A DNA stretch of 64,000 bases from Clostridia bacterium (lineage in GTDB: Bacteria > Bacillota > Clostridia > Oscillospirales > CAG-272): assembly GCA_017451485.1 (NCBI GenBank), contig JAFTOG010000013.1, positions 527 through 64,526 on the forward strand, read 5' to 3'. The notes below the pieces were generated by a model. The model ran no database searches. It had not been told where the DNA came from and saw only the letters and a program-made list of their open reading frames with translations. This document shows, piece after piece, positions 10,121 to 21,100 of this stretch. The translations under genes and the position numbers were made by a program. Position 1 is the stretch's first letter, and every line of letters begins with the position of its first letter.

Positions 10121-10852
10121 ATGTCAGTAATCTCAATTAAGCAATTGCTTGAAGCAGGTGTTCACTTCGGACACCACACAAGAAGATGGAACCCTAAGAT
10201 GGCAGAGTACATCTTCACAGAAAGAAATGGTATTTACATCATCGACCTTCAGAAAACAGCAGGTAAGTTTGACGAGGCATATATGTTCGCTCGTGACATC
10301 GCTGCTGAAGGTGGCGACATCCTTTTCGTAGGTACAAAGAAGCAGGCTACAGATGCTATCCGTGAGGAAGCTCAGCGTTGTGGTATGTACTATGTAAATG
10401 TTCGCTGGCTCGGTGGTATGCTCACAAACTTCCAGACAATCAAGAAGAGCATAGCTCGTCTTAACCAGCTTCAGAAGATGCAGCAGGATGGCACATTCGA
10501 TCTTCTTCCCAAGAAAGAGGTTGCAGGTCTCGTAAAGGAAATGAACGACCTTGAAAAGAACCTTGGTGGTATCAAGACAATGGAAAAGCTTCCTTCCGCT
10601 ATTTTTATTGTAGATACAAAGAAGGAGCATAATGCTGTTCTTGAAGCTAAGAGACTTGGTATTCCTGTTATCGCTATCGTAGATACAAACTGCGATCCTG
10701 ACGATGCAGATTATATCATCCCCGGTAACGACGATGCAATTCGTGCTATTAAGCTTATTTCTGCTTCAATTGCTGATGCAGTAATTGAAGGCAGACAGGG
10801 TGAAACACCTGTTGAAGCAGTAGAAGAGAAAGTAGAAGCAGAAGCTGAATAA
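10121..10852 (+). CDS. rpsB: 30S ribosomal protein S2
   Basis: [37 protein letters not shown] lies upstream of ATG 10121. Confidence 0.95.
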   Translation: MSVISIKQLLEAGVHFGHHTRRWNPKMAEYIFTERNGIYIIDLQKTAGKFDEAYMFARDIAAEGGDILFVGTKKQATDAIREEAQRCGMYYVNVRWLGGMLTNFQTIKKSIARLNQLQKMQQDGTFDLLPKKEVAGLVKEMNDLEKNLGGIKTMEKLPSAIFIVDTKKEHNAVLEAKRLGIPVIAIVDTNCDPDDADYIIPGNDDAIRAIKLISASIADAVIEGRQGETPVEAVEEKVEAEAE

Positions 10853-10877
10853 TTTATAATTTTCGGAGGATATAGAA

Positions 10878-11810
10878 ATGGCCGCTATTACAGCAAAAAT
10901 GGTTGCAGACCTTAGAACACAGACAGGCTGCGGAATGATGGATTGTAAGAAAGCACTTGCAGAGGCTAATGGTGATTTTGACGCTGCAGTTAAGCTCCTT
11001 CGTGAGAAGGGTCTTGCAGTAGCTGCAAAGAAGGCAAGCCGTGTTGCATCTGAGGGTGTAGTTGATATTCTTATTAGCGATGACGGTAAGACAGCAGCAA
11101 TGATCGAAGTTAACGCTGAGACTGACTTCGTTGCAAAGAACGAAAAGTTCCTTGACTTCGTTAAGGGTCTTCTCAGAACTATAATCGCTACAAAGCCTGC
11201 TGATGTAGCAGAGCTTAACACAAAGAACTTTGATGGTACTGATATGACTGTTGAGGCAAAGCTTAAGGACATGATTTTCACAATTGGTGAAAATATGAAC
11301 ATTCGCCGTTTCCTTATTGTTGAGGGTGTACTTACATCCTATATTCACGGTAAGGGTTCAACAGGTGTTATTGTTAAGTTTGAGGCAGACGATAAGGCAG
11401 TAGCAAACGAAGGCTTTGCAGCATTTGCAAAGAATGTTGCACTTCAGGTTGCAGCTATGCCTGTACTTTACCTTGATAAGGCTTCCGTTCCTGAAAAGGA
11501 TATTGAGGAAGAAAAGTCCGTTATTCTTGCACAGCTTGCAAACGATCCTAAGAATGCTAACAAGCCTGCTCAGATTCTTGAGAAGATGGTTATTGGTAAG
11601 CTTGGTAAATTCTACGAAAAGAACTGCTTGCTCGAACAGTCATATGTAAAGGACGACAAGATCTCTGTTGGCAAGTATGTTGCTGACACTGCTAAGGAAT
11701 TTGGTGGTGAGATCAAGGTTGTTGGTTACTTTATGTACGAAAAGGGCGAGGGTCTTGAAAAAAGAGAAGACGATTTCGCAGCTGAAATCGAAAAGATGGT
11801 TAAGGGCTAA
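10878..11810 (+). CDS. tsf: elongation factor Ts
   Basis: ITAKMVADLRTQTGCGMMDCKKALAEANGD. Follows rpsB. Confidence 0.95.
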   Translation: MAAITAKMVADLRTQTGCGMMDCKKALAEANGDFDAAVKLLREKGLAVAAKKASRVASEGVVDILISDDGKTAAMIEVNAETDFVAKNEKFLDFVKGLLRTIIATKPADVAELNTKNFDGTDMTVEAKLKDMIFTIGENMNIRRFLIVEGVLTSYIHGKGSTGVIVKFEADDKAVANEGFAAFAKNVALQVAAMPVLYLDKASVPEKDIEEEKSVILAQLANDPKNANKPAQILEKMVIGKLGKFYEKNCLLEQSYVKDDKISVGKYVADTAKEFGGEIKVVGYFMYEKGEGLEKREDDFAAEIEKMVKG

Positions 11811-11824
11811 TAACTATTAACATA

Positions 11825-11853
11825 AAAACCGACAGAAATCTGTCGGTTTTTTT
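11825..11853 (+). terminator. intrinsic terminator after tsf
   Basis: ACCGACAG / CTGTCGGT hairpin followed by TTTTTTT. Confidence 0.8.
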
Positions 11854-11884
11854 ATAGAAAAAATAACTTTTTTGAATTTTTATA

Positions 11885-11913
11885 TTTACAAATTAACAAA
11901 TATATAGTATTAT
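11885..11913 (+). promoter_or_regulatory. candidate sigma-A promoter for pyrH-frr
   Basis: TTTACA, 17 nt, TATTAT. Confidence 0.4.
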
Positions 11914-11949
11914 ATTATTAATGACAAATATGTGAGGATGTGTAGCAAA

Positions 11950-12663
11950 ATGGGAAATCCGGTTTATAAGAGAGTTTTACTTAAGCTTTCCGGAGAGGCT
12001 ATTTCTTCGGGACCTGACGGTATATTGAACTTTGATTATATCAAAGAAATTGCTTCAGTAATTAAGCAATGCACAGATAATGGGGTGCAATTTGGTATTA
12101 TTGTTGGTGCTGGCAATATCTGGCGTGGCAGAAGTGGAGAAAATATGGATAGAGTCAAGGCTGACCATATGGGAATGCTTGCTACCTGTATTAATGCTGT
12201 TGCACTTCAGGAATCCTTTATTCGCAATGGACTCGATACAATTGTAATGACATCTGTAGAGATGAAGGCGTTTGCAAAGCCCTTTGTAAGAGACGATGCT
12301 GTTTCTGCACTCGAGAACGGCAAGGTTGTAATCTTCGGTGGAGGACTTGGTATACCTTTTGTTTCTACTGATACAGCAGCTGTTGTAAGAGCAGCAGAAA
12401 TAGGTGCAGATATAGTTCTTATGGCTAAAAATATAGATGCGATATATACTGCTGACCCGAGAAAGGATCCAAACGCTGAGAAAATTTCGAATATCACTTA
12501 TAAGGAGATACTTGCAAGAGGACTTGCTGCTATGGATTCCACGGCTACATCCTTTGCAATGGATAACAATATCCCGATTCATGTATTTGGTCTCGATAAA
12601 TGCGAAAACATCTATAAAGTAATAATGGGTGCCAAAATGGGTACTGTAGTAAAAGGAGAATAA
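11950..12663 (+). CDS. pyrH: UMP kinase
   Basis: Start re-set to ATG 11950. YKRVLLKLSGEA, GGGNIWRG-like GAGNIWRG, TADP motif. Confidence 0.93.
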   Translation: MGNPVYKRVLLKLSGEAISSGPDGILNFDYIKEIASVIKQCTDNGVQFGIIVGAGNIWRGRSGENMDRVKADHMGMLATCINAVALQESFIRNGLDTIVMTSVEMKAFAKPFVRDDAVSALENGKVVIFGGGLGIPFVSTDTAAVVRAAEIGADIVLMAKNIDAIYTADPRKDPNAEKISNITYKEILARGLAAMDSTATSFAMDNNIPIHVFGLDKCENIYKVIMGAKMGTVVKGE

Positions 12664-12667
12664 AATT

Positions 12668-13222
12668 ATGAAGCTTGACACAAAAAACTTAGAAAACAGA
12701 ATGAAAAAGAGCATTGAGGCTTACAAAAATGAGCTTGACACTATAAGAGCAGGTAGAGCTAACCCCAATATTCTTTCAAGAGTAACTGTTGATTATTACG
12801 GTACTGCAACCCCCATCAATCAGATTGGTACAGTTTCTGTTCCCGATGCAAGAACTATAGTTATTCAGCCTTGGGATACATCTCTTCTTAAGGCTGTTGA
12901 GAAGGCTATATTAGCTTCCGATATAGGAATTACACCTGCTAATGATGGAAAGGTTATCCGTCTTGTATTCCCTCAGCTTACTGAGGACCGTAGAAAAGAC
13001 CTTAACAAGCAGGTTTCCAAAATGGGAGAGGATGCTAAGGTTGCTATTCGTAATATTCGTCGTGACGGTATAGACGAGGCTAAGAAGATGAAAAAGAACG
13101 GAGAAATGACAGAGGACGAGCAGAAGGCTTCTGAAAAGTCTGTTCAGGATATTACAGATAAGTACATCAAGGAAATTGATGCCATTACATCTGCAAAAGA
13201 AAAGGAAATTATGGCTATATAA
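12668..13222 (+). CDS. frr: ribosome recycling factor
   Basis: 184 aa with LDTIRAGRANPNILSRVTVDYYG and PQLTEDRRKDL. Confidence 0.95.
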   Translation: MKLDTKNLENRMKKSIEAYKNELDTIRAGRANPNILSRVTVDYYGTATPINQIGTVSVPDARTIVIQPWDTSLLKAVEKAILASDIGITPANDGKVIRLVFPQLTEDRRKDLNKQVSKMGEDAKVAIRNIRRDGIDEAKKMKKNGEMTEDEQKASEKSVQDITDKYIKEIDAITSAKEKEIMAI

Positions 13223-13276
13223 CAATAAAAGACCACTTTTGTGGTATTTTATGCAATATGGAGATAGGAGAATTTA

Positions 13277-13996
13277 ATGCTATTTCATAAAAAATCAAAT
13301 GAGATAAAGGTAGATGACCGTCTGTCCCATATTGCCTTTATAATGGATGGAAACGGTCGCTGGGCTAAAAAAAGGTCATTACCAAGAAAAGCAGGGCATA
13401 AGCAAGGTGCAGTTGCTTTTGAAAATGTTGTAAGGGAATGTAATAAGCTCGGTATAAAAACCGTTACTGTATATGCCTTTTCAACGGAAAATTGGAAAAG
13501 ACCTAAGGAAGAGATAGATGCAATTATAGGTCTTTTGAATTCATATATTGATAAGGTTGATAAATCTAAGGATATAAGGTTTATATTTTTAGGCGACAAA
13601 TCTGTTCTTGATGATGATCTTCGAAGCAAAATGGAAAGCCTTGAAAGAGAAACACTAAATTGTTCTAATATCTTAAATATAGCTTTCAATTACGGTGGCA
13701 GAGCAGAAATTGTAAACGCATTTAATGAGCTTATAAAAGAAGGAAAGACAGAGATTGACGAGGACGATATATCGTCACATTTATATACGAGAGATTCAAA
13801 TGATCCTGATCTTATCGTAAGAACAGCAAACGAATGTAGGATATCTAACTTTTTACTTTGGCAGTGTGCGTATTCTGAATTTTATTTTACAGATACTTTA
13901 TGGCCGGATTTTGATAAAAAGGAGCTATATAAGGCTATAGAAAGCTTTTATTCAAGAAAAAGAAATTTTGGTGGAATAAAAAAGGGGGAAATATGA
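13277..13996 (+). CDS. uppS: undecaprenyl diphosphate synthase
   Basis: HIAFIMDGNGRWAKKR, AFSTENWKRP, ISNFLLWQCAYSEFYF. Confidence 0.92.
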   Translation: MLFHKKSNEIKVDDRLSHIAFIMDGNGRWAKKRSLPRKAGHKQGAVAFENVVRECNKLGIKTVTVYAFSTENWKRPKEEIDAIIGLLNSYIDKVDKSKDIRFIFLGDKSVLDDDLRSKMESLERETLNCSNILNIAFNYGGRAEIVNAFNELIKEGKTEIDEDDISSHLYTRDSNDPDLIVRTANECRISNFLLWQCAYSEFYFTDTLWPDFDKKELYKAIESFYSRKRNFGGIKKGEI

Positions 13997-14814
13997 AAAC
14001 AAGAATTATTACAGCAATTTGTGCAATAGCGATATTTGTTCCCATTTGCATTTTTTCAGATACATTAGCATTTCCGATAGCATTTGCAATTATTTGTGCA
14101 GTGGGCGTGTATGAAATGGCAAAGTGTATTGGCATGAATAAGAATTTAGGACTCTGTATTCCGATTTATTTAGTAGCATTGGGATTACCTATGCTAGCGT
14201 ATTTCGATGTAATCAAGCCTTATTTCTTTATTATTGCAGTAGCCTGTGTATTCTTGCTTCTTATATATTCACTTGCATATGTTATGTTCAGACTTAACCG
14301 GGATAAAATAACAGATGTAATGAGCCTGTTTGCACTTTGTATCTATGTAATACTTTGCTTTACATCCGTAGTAAACATAAGATATATGGATAACGGTAAT
14401 TACTATTATCTTCTTATATTTATTGGTGCTTGGGTATGCGATACCTTTGCATATTTTACAGGAAAATTCCTTGGCAGACACAAGCTTATTCCCGCAATCA
14501 GCCCTAAAAAGACAATAGAAGGCTCTATTGGTGGTATAGCATTTACTATAGGTGCCTTTGCACTTTACGGTTTTATATTAAGATCATCCTTTGGATTTGA
14601 AATGAGTTATATTGAACTTATTATAATGGGTGCAGTCGTAGCTATTGTATCTCAGATTGGAGATCTTATTGCTTCAGCTGTAAAAAGACAGTATGAAATT
14701 AAAGATTATGGATTTTTGTTCCCAGGACATGGAGGAGTTCTTGACCGTTTCGATAGCGTAATGCTTGTTTCTCCCTTCCTTTTTATCGTTATTTCCGTAC
14801 TTAACCTTATATAA
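13993..14814 (+). CDS. cdsA: phosphatidate cytidylyltransferase
   Basis: Polytopic membrane protein with SPKKTIEGSIGG and GHGGVLDRFDS signature. ATGA overlap with uppS. Confidence 0.88.
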   Translation: MKTRIITAICAIAIFVPICIFSDTLAFPIAFAIICAVGVYEMAKCIGMNKNLGLCIPIYLVALGLPMLAYFDVIKPYFFIIAVACVFLLLIYSLAYVMFRLNRDKITDVMSLFALCIYVILCFTSVVNIRYMDNGNYYYLLIFIGAWVCDTFAYFTGKFLGRHKLIPAISPKKTIEGSIGGIAFTIGAFALYGFILRSSFGFEMSYIELIIMGAVVAIVSQIGDLIASAVKRQYEIKDYGFLFPGHGGVLDRFDSVMLVSPFLFIVISVLNLI

Positions 14815-14825
14815 TCGGTGATAAT

Positions 14826-15992
14826 ATGAATTTCCAAAATAAAAAAATTGCCATACTGGGTTCAACGGGCTCAGTAGGTGTACAAAGCATTGATGTTGCA
14901 AAAAATTTATCATGCGAGGTTGACCTTCTAATGGCTTCATCCTCTGTTGATACAATGGAAAAGCAGGCAAGGATGTTAACCCCCCGAGTATGCGTTATGA
15001 CCAACGAAAAATCTGCATCCGAGCTTAAAATAAAGCTTTCAGATACAGATATCAAGGTATATTCGGGAGAAGATTCTGCTATTAATGCAATTATGGAGAG
15101 TGGTGCAGAGGTCGCTGTAAATGCTGTAAGTGGATTTGCGGGTTTGGCACCTGCCATTGCATGTGCAAAAAGTGGAAAGCGAATTGCAATGTCAAATAAA
15201 GAGGCTATCGTTATAGCATATAAGTTCCTTATAGATGAAATTAAGAGGAACAATGCCGAGATGATACCCGTCGACAGTGAGCATAGTGCAATTTTTCAAT
15301 GCCTTGACAAGGTTGCTGATAACAAGATAAAGCGTATTATACTTACCTCCTCAGGTGGTCCCTTCAAGGGTAGAAAAAGAGAAGAGCTAAGTGGTATTAC
15401 AGCTAAGGATGCATTGAGCCATCCTACATGGAAAATGGGACCGAAAATCACTGTTGACAGTGCTTCTCTTATGAATAAAGGATTCGAGGTTATTGAGGCA
15501 GTTAGGCTTTTTGGTGTTAGCCCAAAGCAGATTAAGGTTGTTGTTCATCCTCAAAGTATAATGCATTCTGCTGTTGAATATATTGATAACAGTATCATAG
15601 CACAAATGGGTGCTCCTGATATGAGGACCTGTATTCAATATGCTATAACATATCCGGAAAGAAAAACAGCACTTGCCGATGCTCTTGATTTTGCTACACT
15701 GTCAAGGCTTACATTTGATGATCCCGATATGGATACATTTTCACTTTTGCCACTTGCATTTTATGCAATAAAAGAGGATGGAATAATTCCGGCAGTGCTT
15801 AATGCGTCGGATGAAATAGCTGTTGGAGCCTTTCTTAAGGATAAGATAGGATTTACAGATATTTTTGATATAGTGGAAAATGTGGTTACAGGCTTTGAGA
15901 ATATAAGTAACCCCACTCTTGACGAAATTATTTATGCCGATAAGATGGCAAGAATTAGGACTAACGAGTTAATTAACAGCTTCGTGAAATAA
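14826..15992 (+). CDS. dxr: 1-deoxy-D-xylulose 5-phosphate reductoisomerase
   Basis: ILGSTGSVG, DSEHSAIFQC, HPTWKMGPKITVDSASLMNKG. Confidence 0.93.
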   Translation: MNFQNKKIAILGSTGSVGVQSIDVAKNLSCEVDLLMASSSVDTMEKQARMLTPRVCVMTNEKSASELKIKLSDTDIKVYSGEDSAINAIMESGAEVAVNAVSGFAGLAPAIACAKSGKRIAMSNKEAIVIAYKFLIDEIKRNNAEMIPVDSEHSAIFQCLDKVADNKIKRIILTSSGGPFKGRKREELSGITAKDALSHPTWKMGPKITVDSASLMNKGFEVIEAVRLFGVSPKQIKVVVHPQSIMHSAVEYIDNSIIAQMGAPDMRTCIQYAITYPERKTALADALDFATLSRLTFDDPDMDTFSLLPLAFYAIKEDGIIPAVLNASDEIAVGAFLKDKIGFTDIFDIVENVVTGFENISNPTLDEIIYADKMARIRTNELINSFVK

Positions 15993-16010
15993 TATAACGA
16001 GGTAAAAGAA

Positions 16011-17036
16011 TTGTATATTTTAATAGCTATACTTGTATTTGGGTTCATGATTTTTATTCATGAACTCGGTCATTTTATATTTGCAAAAAAATTTAAGGTT
16101 GCAATAAATGAGTTTTCCATTGGTATGGGACCTAAAATTTTTTCAAGAAAAGGAAAAGACGGTGTAATATACTCATTAAGAGTTCTTCCTATAGGAGGAT
16201 TTGTTGCTATGGAGGGAGAGGATGATGAGAGCAATCATCCGGATGCCTTTACAAAAAAAGCACCATGGAAAAGATTTATTATTGTAATTGCCGGTGCAAC
16301 TATGAATATACTTGTGTCCATATTGATATTTTTTATCATAACACTTTGTACTCCCAGGTTCGGCACCACAATTATTTATGATTTTGGTAAAGATGCTATT
16401 AGCGACGATACCGGACTTATGAAAAATGATGAAATAATAGAGATAAATGGTACAAATGTTTATACAGCAGGAGATTTAAGCTATGAAATCAATATGAATG
16501 GTGGTGCTCCTGTTACAGTAACAGTAATACGAAATGGAGAGGAAATTACAATTTCCAATGTAATCTTTCCATCATACGAAGTACAGGGAACAACCTTTGG
16601 TGCCCCCGATTTTACTGTATACGGTGAGGGAAGAAGCTTTTCCTCGGTTATGAAAAACACATTTCATACCTGTAAATATTCAGTAAAATCCGTTTGGGAT
16701 TCTATTGGAGGTCTTATTACGGGCAAATACGGTCTTGAGCAGGTTTCAGGACCTGTTGGAATTACCGATGCTATGACAACTGCTGCTAAAACCAGTGCAG
16801 AGTCGTTTTTCTATCTTGTTGCATTGATTGGTATGAACTTAGGAATTATGAATCTTTTACCCATACCTGCACTTGACGGTGGTACATTACTTCTTACCTT
16901 TATAGAAATGATAACGAAAAAGAAGCTTCCACCAAGGATAGAAAATGGAATACGAGCAGTTGGCTTTGCACTTTTAATGCTTCTTGCTATTGTATTGATT
17001 TTTAAAGACACCATATTCCTGATAAACAGAGGATAG
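16011..17036 (+). CDS. rseP: RIP site-2 metalloprotease (M50, RseP/RasP type)
   Basis: HELGHF zinc motif, central PDZ-like segment, NLLPIPALDGG. TTG start with GAGG SD. Confidence 0.85.
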   Translation: MYILIAILVFGFMIFIHELGHFIFAKKFKVAINEFSIGMGPKIFSRKGKDGVIYSLRVLPIGGFVAMEGEDDESNHPDAFTKKAPWKRFIIVIAGATMNILVSILIFFIITLCTPRFGTTIIYDFGKDAISDDTGLMKNDEIIEINGTNVYTAGDLSYEINMNGGAPVTVTVIRNGEEITISNVIFPSYEVQGTTFGAPDFTVYGEGRSFSSVMKNTFHTCKYSVKSVWDSIGGLITGKYGLEQVSGPVGITDAMTTAAKTSAESFFYLVALIGMNLGIMNLLPIPALDGGTLLLTFIEMITKKKLPPRIENGIRAVGFALLMLLAIVLIFKDTIFLINRG

Positions 17037-17038
17037 AT

Positions 17039-18127
17039 ATGAGCTATAATCAAATAAGACGAACAACAAGACAAGTAAGGATTAAAGATAAGACAATCGG
17101 AGGAAGCTCTGATATACTTATCCAATCTATGACTAATACAGATACGGAAAATGATGTTGCTACCATTTCACAAATCAAAGCTCTTCAGAGTGTTGGATGT
17201 GATATTGTTAGAATTACAGTACCCAACATTGCATCTGTTGAAACTGTAAAAAAAATAAAACATGCAGGCATTACTATTCCGGTTGTTGCCGATATTCACT
17301 TTGACTACCGTATAGCACTTGAATGTGTTAAGGCAGGAATTGATAAAATCCGAATTAATCCCGGTAATATAGGTGAAGAATGGAAGATAAGGGAAGTGTG
17401 CAATGCTTGTAAGGATTCCGGTGTGCCTATCAGAATAGGGGTAAACAGTGGCTCACTCGAGAAGCATATACTTGAAAAATACGGGTCTCCAACCCCCGAG
17501 GCATTGGCTGAAAGTGCTTTTTATCATGTATCTCTACTTGAAAAATACGGCTTTGAGGATATTGTAATATCTGTTAAATCATCAGATGTGCGTAATATGA
17601 TACAGACAAACAGGATCATAGCTTCAAGGTGTAATTATCCCATACATTTAGGTGTTACCGAAGCCGGAGATTCATACAGTGGTCTTGTGAAAAGCAGTGC
17701 AGGAATAGGCTCACTTTTATGTGACGGTATAGGAGACACGATTAGAGTATCCTTAACTGCTGATCCCTTGGAGGAAATAAAAGCGGGAAAGGAACTACTT
17801 AATTCTTTAGGCTTTTATTCAAAGGGAGGAATAAAAATTGTTTCCTGTCCTACATGCGGTAGGACTAAAATTGATTTAATATCCCTTTCTTCTATGTTCA
17901 AAAAGGCAACAGAAGGCTTTGACACAAAGGGAAAGGATATTAAGGTTGCTTTAATGGGATGTGTTGTGAACGGTCCCGGAGAAGCAAAGGAATGCGATAT
18001 AGGAATTGCGGGAGGAAAGGGTGAAGCCGTTTTATTCAAAAATGGAGAAATCATAAAAAAAATCCCCGAAAATGAGATAATAAATGTTCTTTTGAAGGAA
18101 TTAGAAAAAATCAGAGATTACGAATAG
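17039..18127 (+). CDS. ispG: 4-hydroxy-3-methylbut-2-enyl diphosphate synthase
   Basis: IQSMTNTDT, ADIHFDYR, RINPGNIG, SCPTCGRT. Confidence 0.93.
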   Translation: MSYNQIRRTTRQVRIKDKTIGGSSDILIQSMTNTDTENDVATISQIKALQSVGCDIVRITVPNIASVETVKKIKHAGITIPVVADIHFDYRIALECVKAGIDKIRINPGNIGEEWKIREVCNACKDSGVPIRIGVNSGSLEKHILEKYGSPTPEALAESAFYHVSLLEKYGFEDIVISVKSSDVRNMIQTNRIIASRCNYPIHLGVTEAGDSYSGLVKSSAGIGSLLCDGIGDTIRVSLTADPLEEIKAGKELLNSLGFYSKGGIKIVSCPTCGRTKIDLISLSSMFKKATEGFDTKGKDIKVALMGCVVNGPGEAKECDIGIAGGKGEAVLFKNGEIIKKIPENEIINVLLKELEKIRDYE

Positions 18128-18135
18128 GACATAAA

Positions 18136-21100
18136 ATGAATTTAATTGAGAGATTTCCAAAATATACTCCGACAGACAGCTTTATACCTATGATGAAGGA
18201 TGGAACGGTGCTTTCTACAAAGGTTGAAAAAGAGCTTCGTTATATGGATTTAACAGTTCGTTTTACCGAAATTGTCAGAAAGGACAAGCTGTATAGCTTT
18301 ATTGATGAGATTAAAAGTGCTTATGGATTAAACAGACTGAGCATAGCAACTAAATACGACTCATCTCTTTTGTCAGCGGATTATATTGACGATATAATTT
18401 TTGAAACATATAAAAGAGGTGCTATAAGCCAGGGCTTCTTTTCAGATTATACTTATGATTTTTCTTATGATAATATTATTATAAAGGTACCTTTTATTAG
18501 AGGTGGTATTGAACTTTTGGAAAATGGACATACAGACAATATCATATCGGATATTATATTTGAAGAGTTTGGTGTACGGATTCCCGTTACTGTTAAACAA
18601 CGGGAGGATTATGAGAAGGTACACAATAATTTTGAAAAAGAAAAAATAAGCACCTTAAAAAAGGCACTGGAGCAGCAGAAGATAGCAAATGCAAAATCCG
18701 CCAAGGAGGAGAAAGAAGCCTCTATTAAGGAAATGAGGGCGGAATATAAAAAATCTATGTCCTTTAACGAATCTGAGGAAAGAGCCGTTATTGAGGATGG
18801 TAAGGTTAAATGTGGGGCTATGACCTTTGACATTTCCTCAAAGGAATATGTTGCCGGAGGAACCTTTGAAATAGAAAATATAGTTCCTATTTCCAAAATA
18901 GAAAACGGAATGCACGGTATAGTTGTTTTAGGAAAGGTTTTTGAAATAACAGAAAAGCCCATTAAAAGAGGAAGCTCTATTGCTGTACAGATAGGAATTA
19001 CAGATAATATTTCATCAATCTATATCAAGGATGTTGTTTCTGCGTCGGAAAAGGACGAGCTGTTATCCATTTTCAAGAAGGGTGAGGCGTATGCTATAAG
19101 ATGTATTGTAAAGACGGATACATTTGATAACGAGCTGCAGCTTATATATACTGATGTTTATAGAATTGGCATTATAGAAAGGATGGACAACGCCCCCGAA
19201 AAAAGAGTAGAGCTGCACCTACATACAATGATGTCACAGCTCGATGCTACAATTGAGCCTACAGAAATAGTAAAGCTTGCAAAAAAATGGGGACATAAGG
19301 CAGTTGCAATTACCGACCATGGTAATGTACAGGGCTTTCCTCCCGTTATGCTTGCAAGTGAAAAGCATGATATGAAGATAATTTACGGTATGGAGGCATA
19401 CTTTGTAAATAATACTTCTATTCCTGTTTCGGGTAATAAAAACGTAGATTTTGACGGTGAGTTTTGTGTTTTCGATATAGAAACCACAGGAAAATCTAAT
19501 ATAAATGACAGAATTACCGAAATAGGTGCTGTTATTATCAAGGATGGAGAAGTTATAGATACATATAATTCCTTTGTTAATCCGGAAATGCCTATACCGC
19601 AAAATATCGTTGAGATTACAGGAATTACCGACGATATGGTAAGAGATGCAAGAACAATAGATAAGGTTTTGCCTGATTTTTTTGCATTTGCGGGTGATAG
19701 GATGTTAGTTGCCCATAATGCAACATTCGATACAGGATTTATAAGACAGGCATGCAACAAGCTTGGTATAGAGTTTAATTATTCTTACCTTGACACTCTT
19801 GCTTTATCGAGATATGTAAATACTGATCTCAAAAGACATAAGCTTGATATCATTGTTAAATATTTTAAGTTAGGAGAATTTGAGCATCATAGAGCCTTTA
19901 ATGATGCAGAAATGCTGAGCAAGGTTCTTGTGTGTATGTTTGATAAGCTTCGTGCTGAAGGAATTTATGATATTGATTCCATGGTAAACCAGATAAGAAC
20001 CAATACGGATCCTCTGAAGCTTAATTCATATCATCAGATTATTCTTGTTAAGAACAGAATAGGTCTTAAAAATTTATACAAGCTTATTTCTAACGGATTT
20101 TTGAAATATTACAAGAAGCACCCGAGAGTTCTCAAAACAGAGCTTATGGAACTTCGGGAAGGACTTATAATAGGTTCCGCCTGCGAGGCAGGAGAGCTAT
20201 TTCAGGCTATAGTTGACGGAAAAAGTGAAACTGAAATAGAGGAAATAGCAGATTTTTATGATTATCTTGAAATACAACCCCTTTGTAACAATATGTTTAT
20301 GGTACGAAAGGGAGATGCAACTGTTGAGGATCTTAAAAACTTTAACAGAAGAATTATAGAGCTTGGAGAGAAGTTAGGTAAGCCGGTTGTTGCAACCTGT
20401 GATGCACATTTTATTAATAAAGAGGATGAAATTTGCAGAAAAATTCTTCTCGCAGGACAGAAGTTTGCAGATGCAGATAGCGATGTAGGTCTGTATTTCA
20501 GAACCACTGAGGAGATGCTTGCTGAATTTGAATATTTAGGTAAGGAAAAGGCATATGAGGTTATTGTTACCAACACAAATAAAATAGCGGATATGATAGA
20601 CTATGAGGATATAAGACCCTTCCCGAAGGGCACCTTCACGCCAAAAATGGAGGGTGCAGAGGAGGATCTCCAAAAAATGTGTTGGGACAGAGCTATGAAT
20701 ATGTATGGATTCCAGGGTGTAATCCCCGATATAGTAAAGGAAAGGCTTGAAAAAGAGCTTACTTCGATTATAAATAACGGCTTTGCTGTTTTATATATGA
20801 TAGCACAGAAGCTTGTTTATTACAGTGAAAGCCAGGGATATCTTGTAGGCTCCCGAGGCTCGGTAGGTTCATCCTTTGTTGCTACCATGGCAGGTATATC
20901 TGAGGTTAATCCTCTTCAGCCTCATTATGTTTGTCCCAAATGTAAATATAGTGAATTTATAACTGACGGAAGTGTTGGCTCCGGCTTTGACTTGCCGGAT
21001 AAAAACTGTCCTCACTGTGGCAAAAAAATGCTGAATGAGGGTCACGATATCCCATTTGAAACCTTCCTTGGCTTTAAGGGTGATAAATCTCCTGATATCG

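Noticed and set aside
10133-11348. Long antisense ORFs inside rpsB and tsf (10133-10630, 10766-11302, 10854-11348)
   Set aside because: They lie entirely within highly conserved ribosomal and translation genes on the opposite strand. Their translations are Cys, Ser and Leu-rich junk typical of antisense frames.
12055-12714. 219-aa minus-strand ORF inside pyrH
   Set aside because: It is antisense to a conserved UMP kinase gene and has no recognisable motifs.
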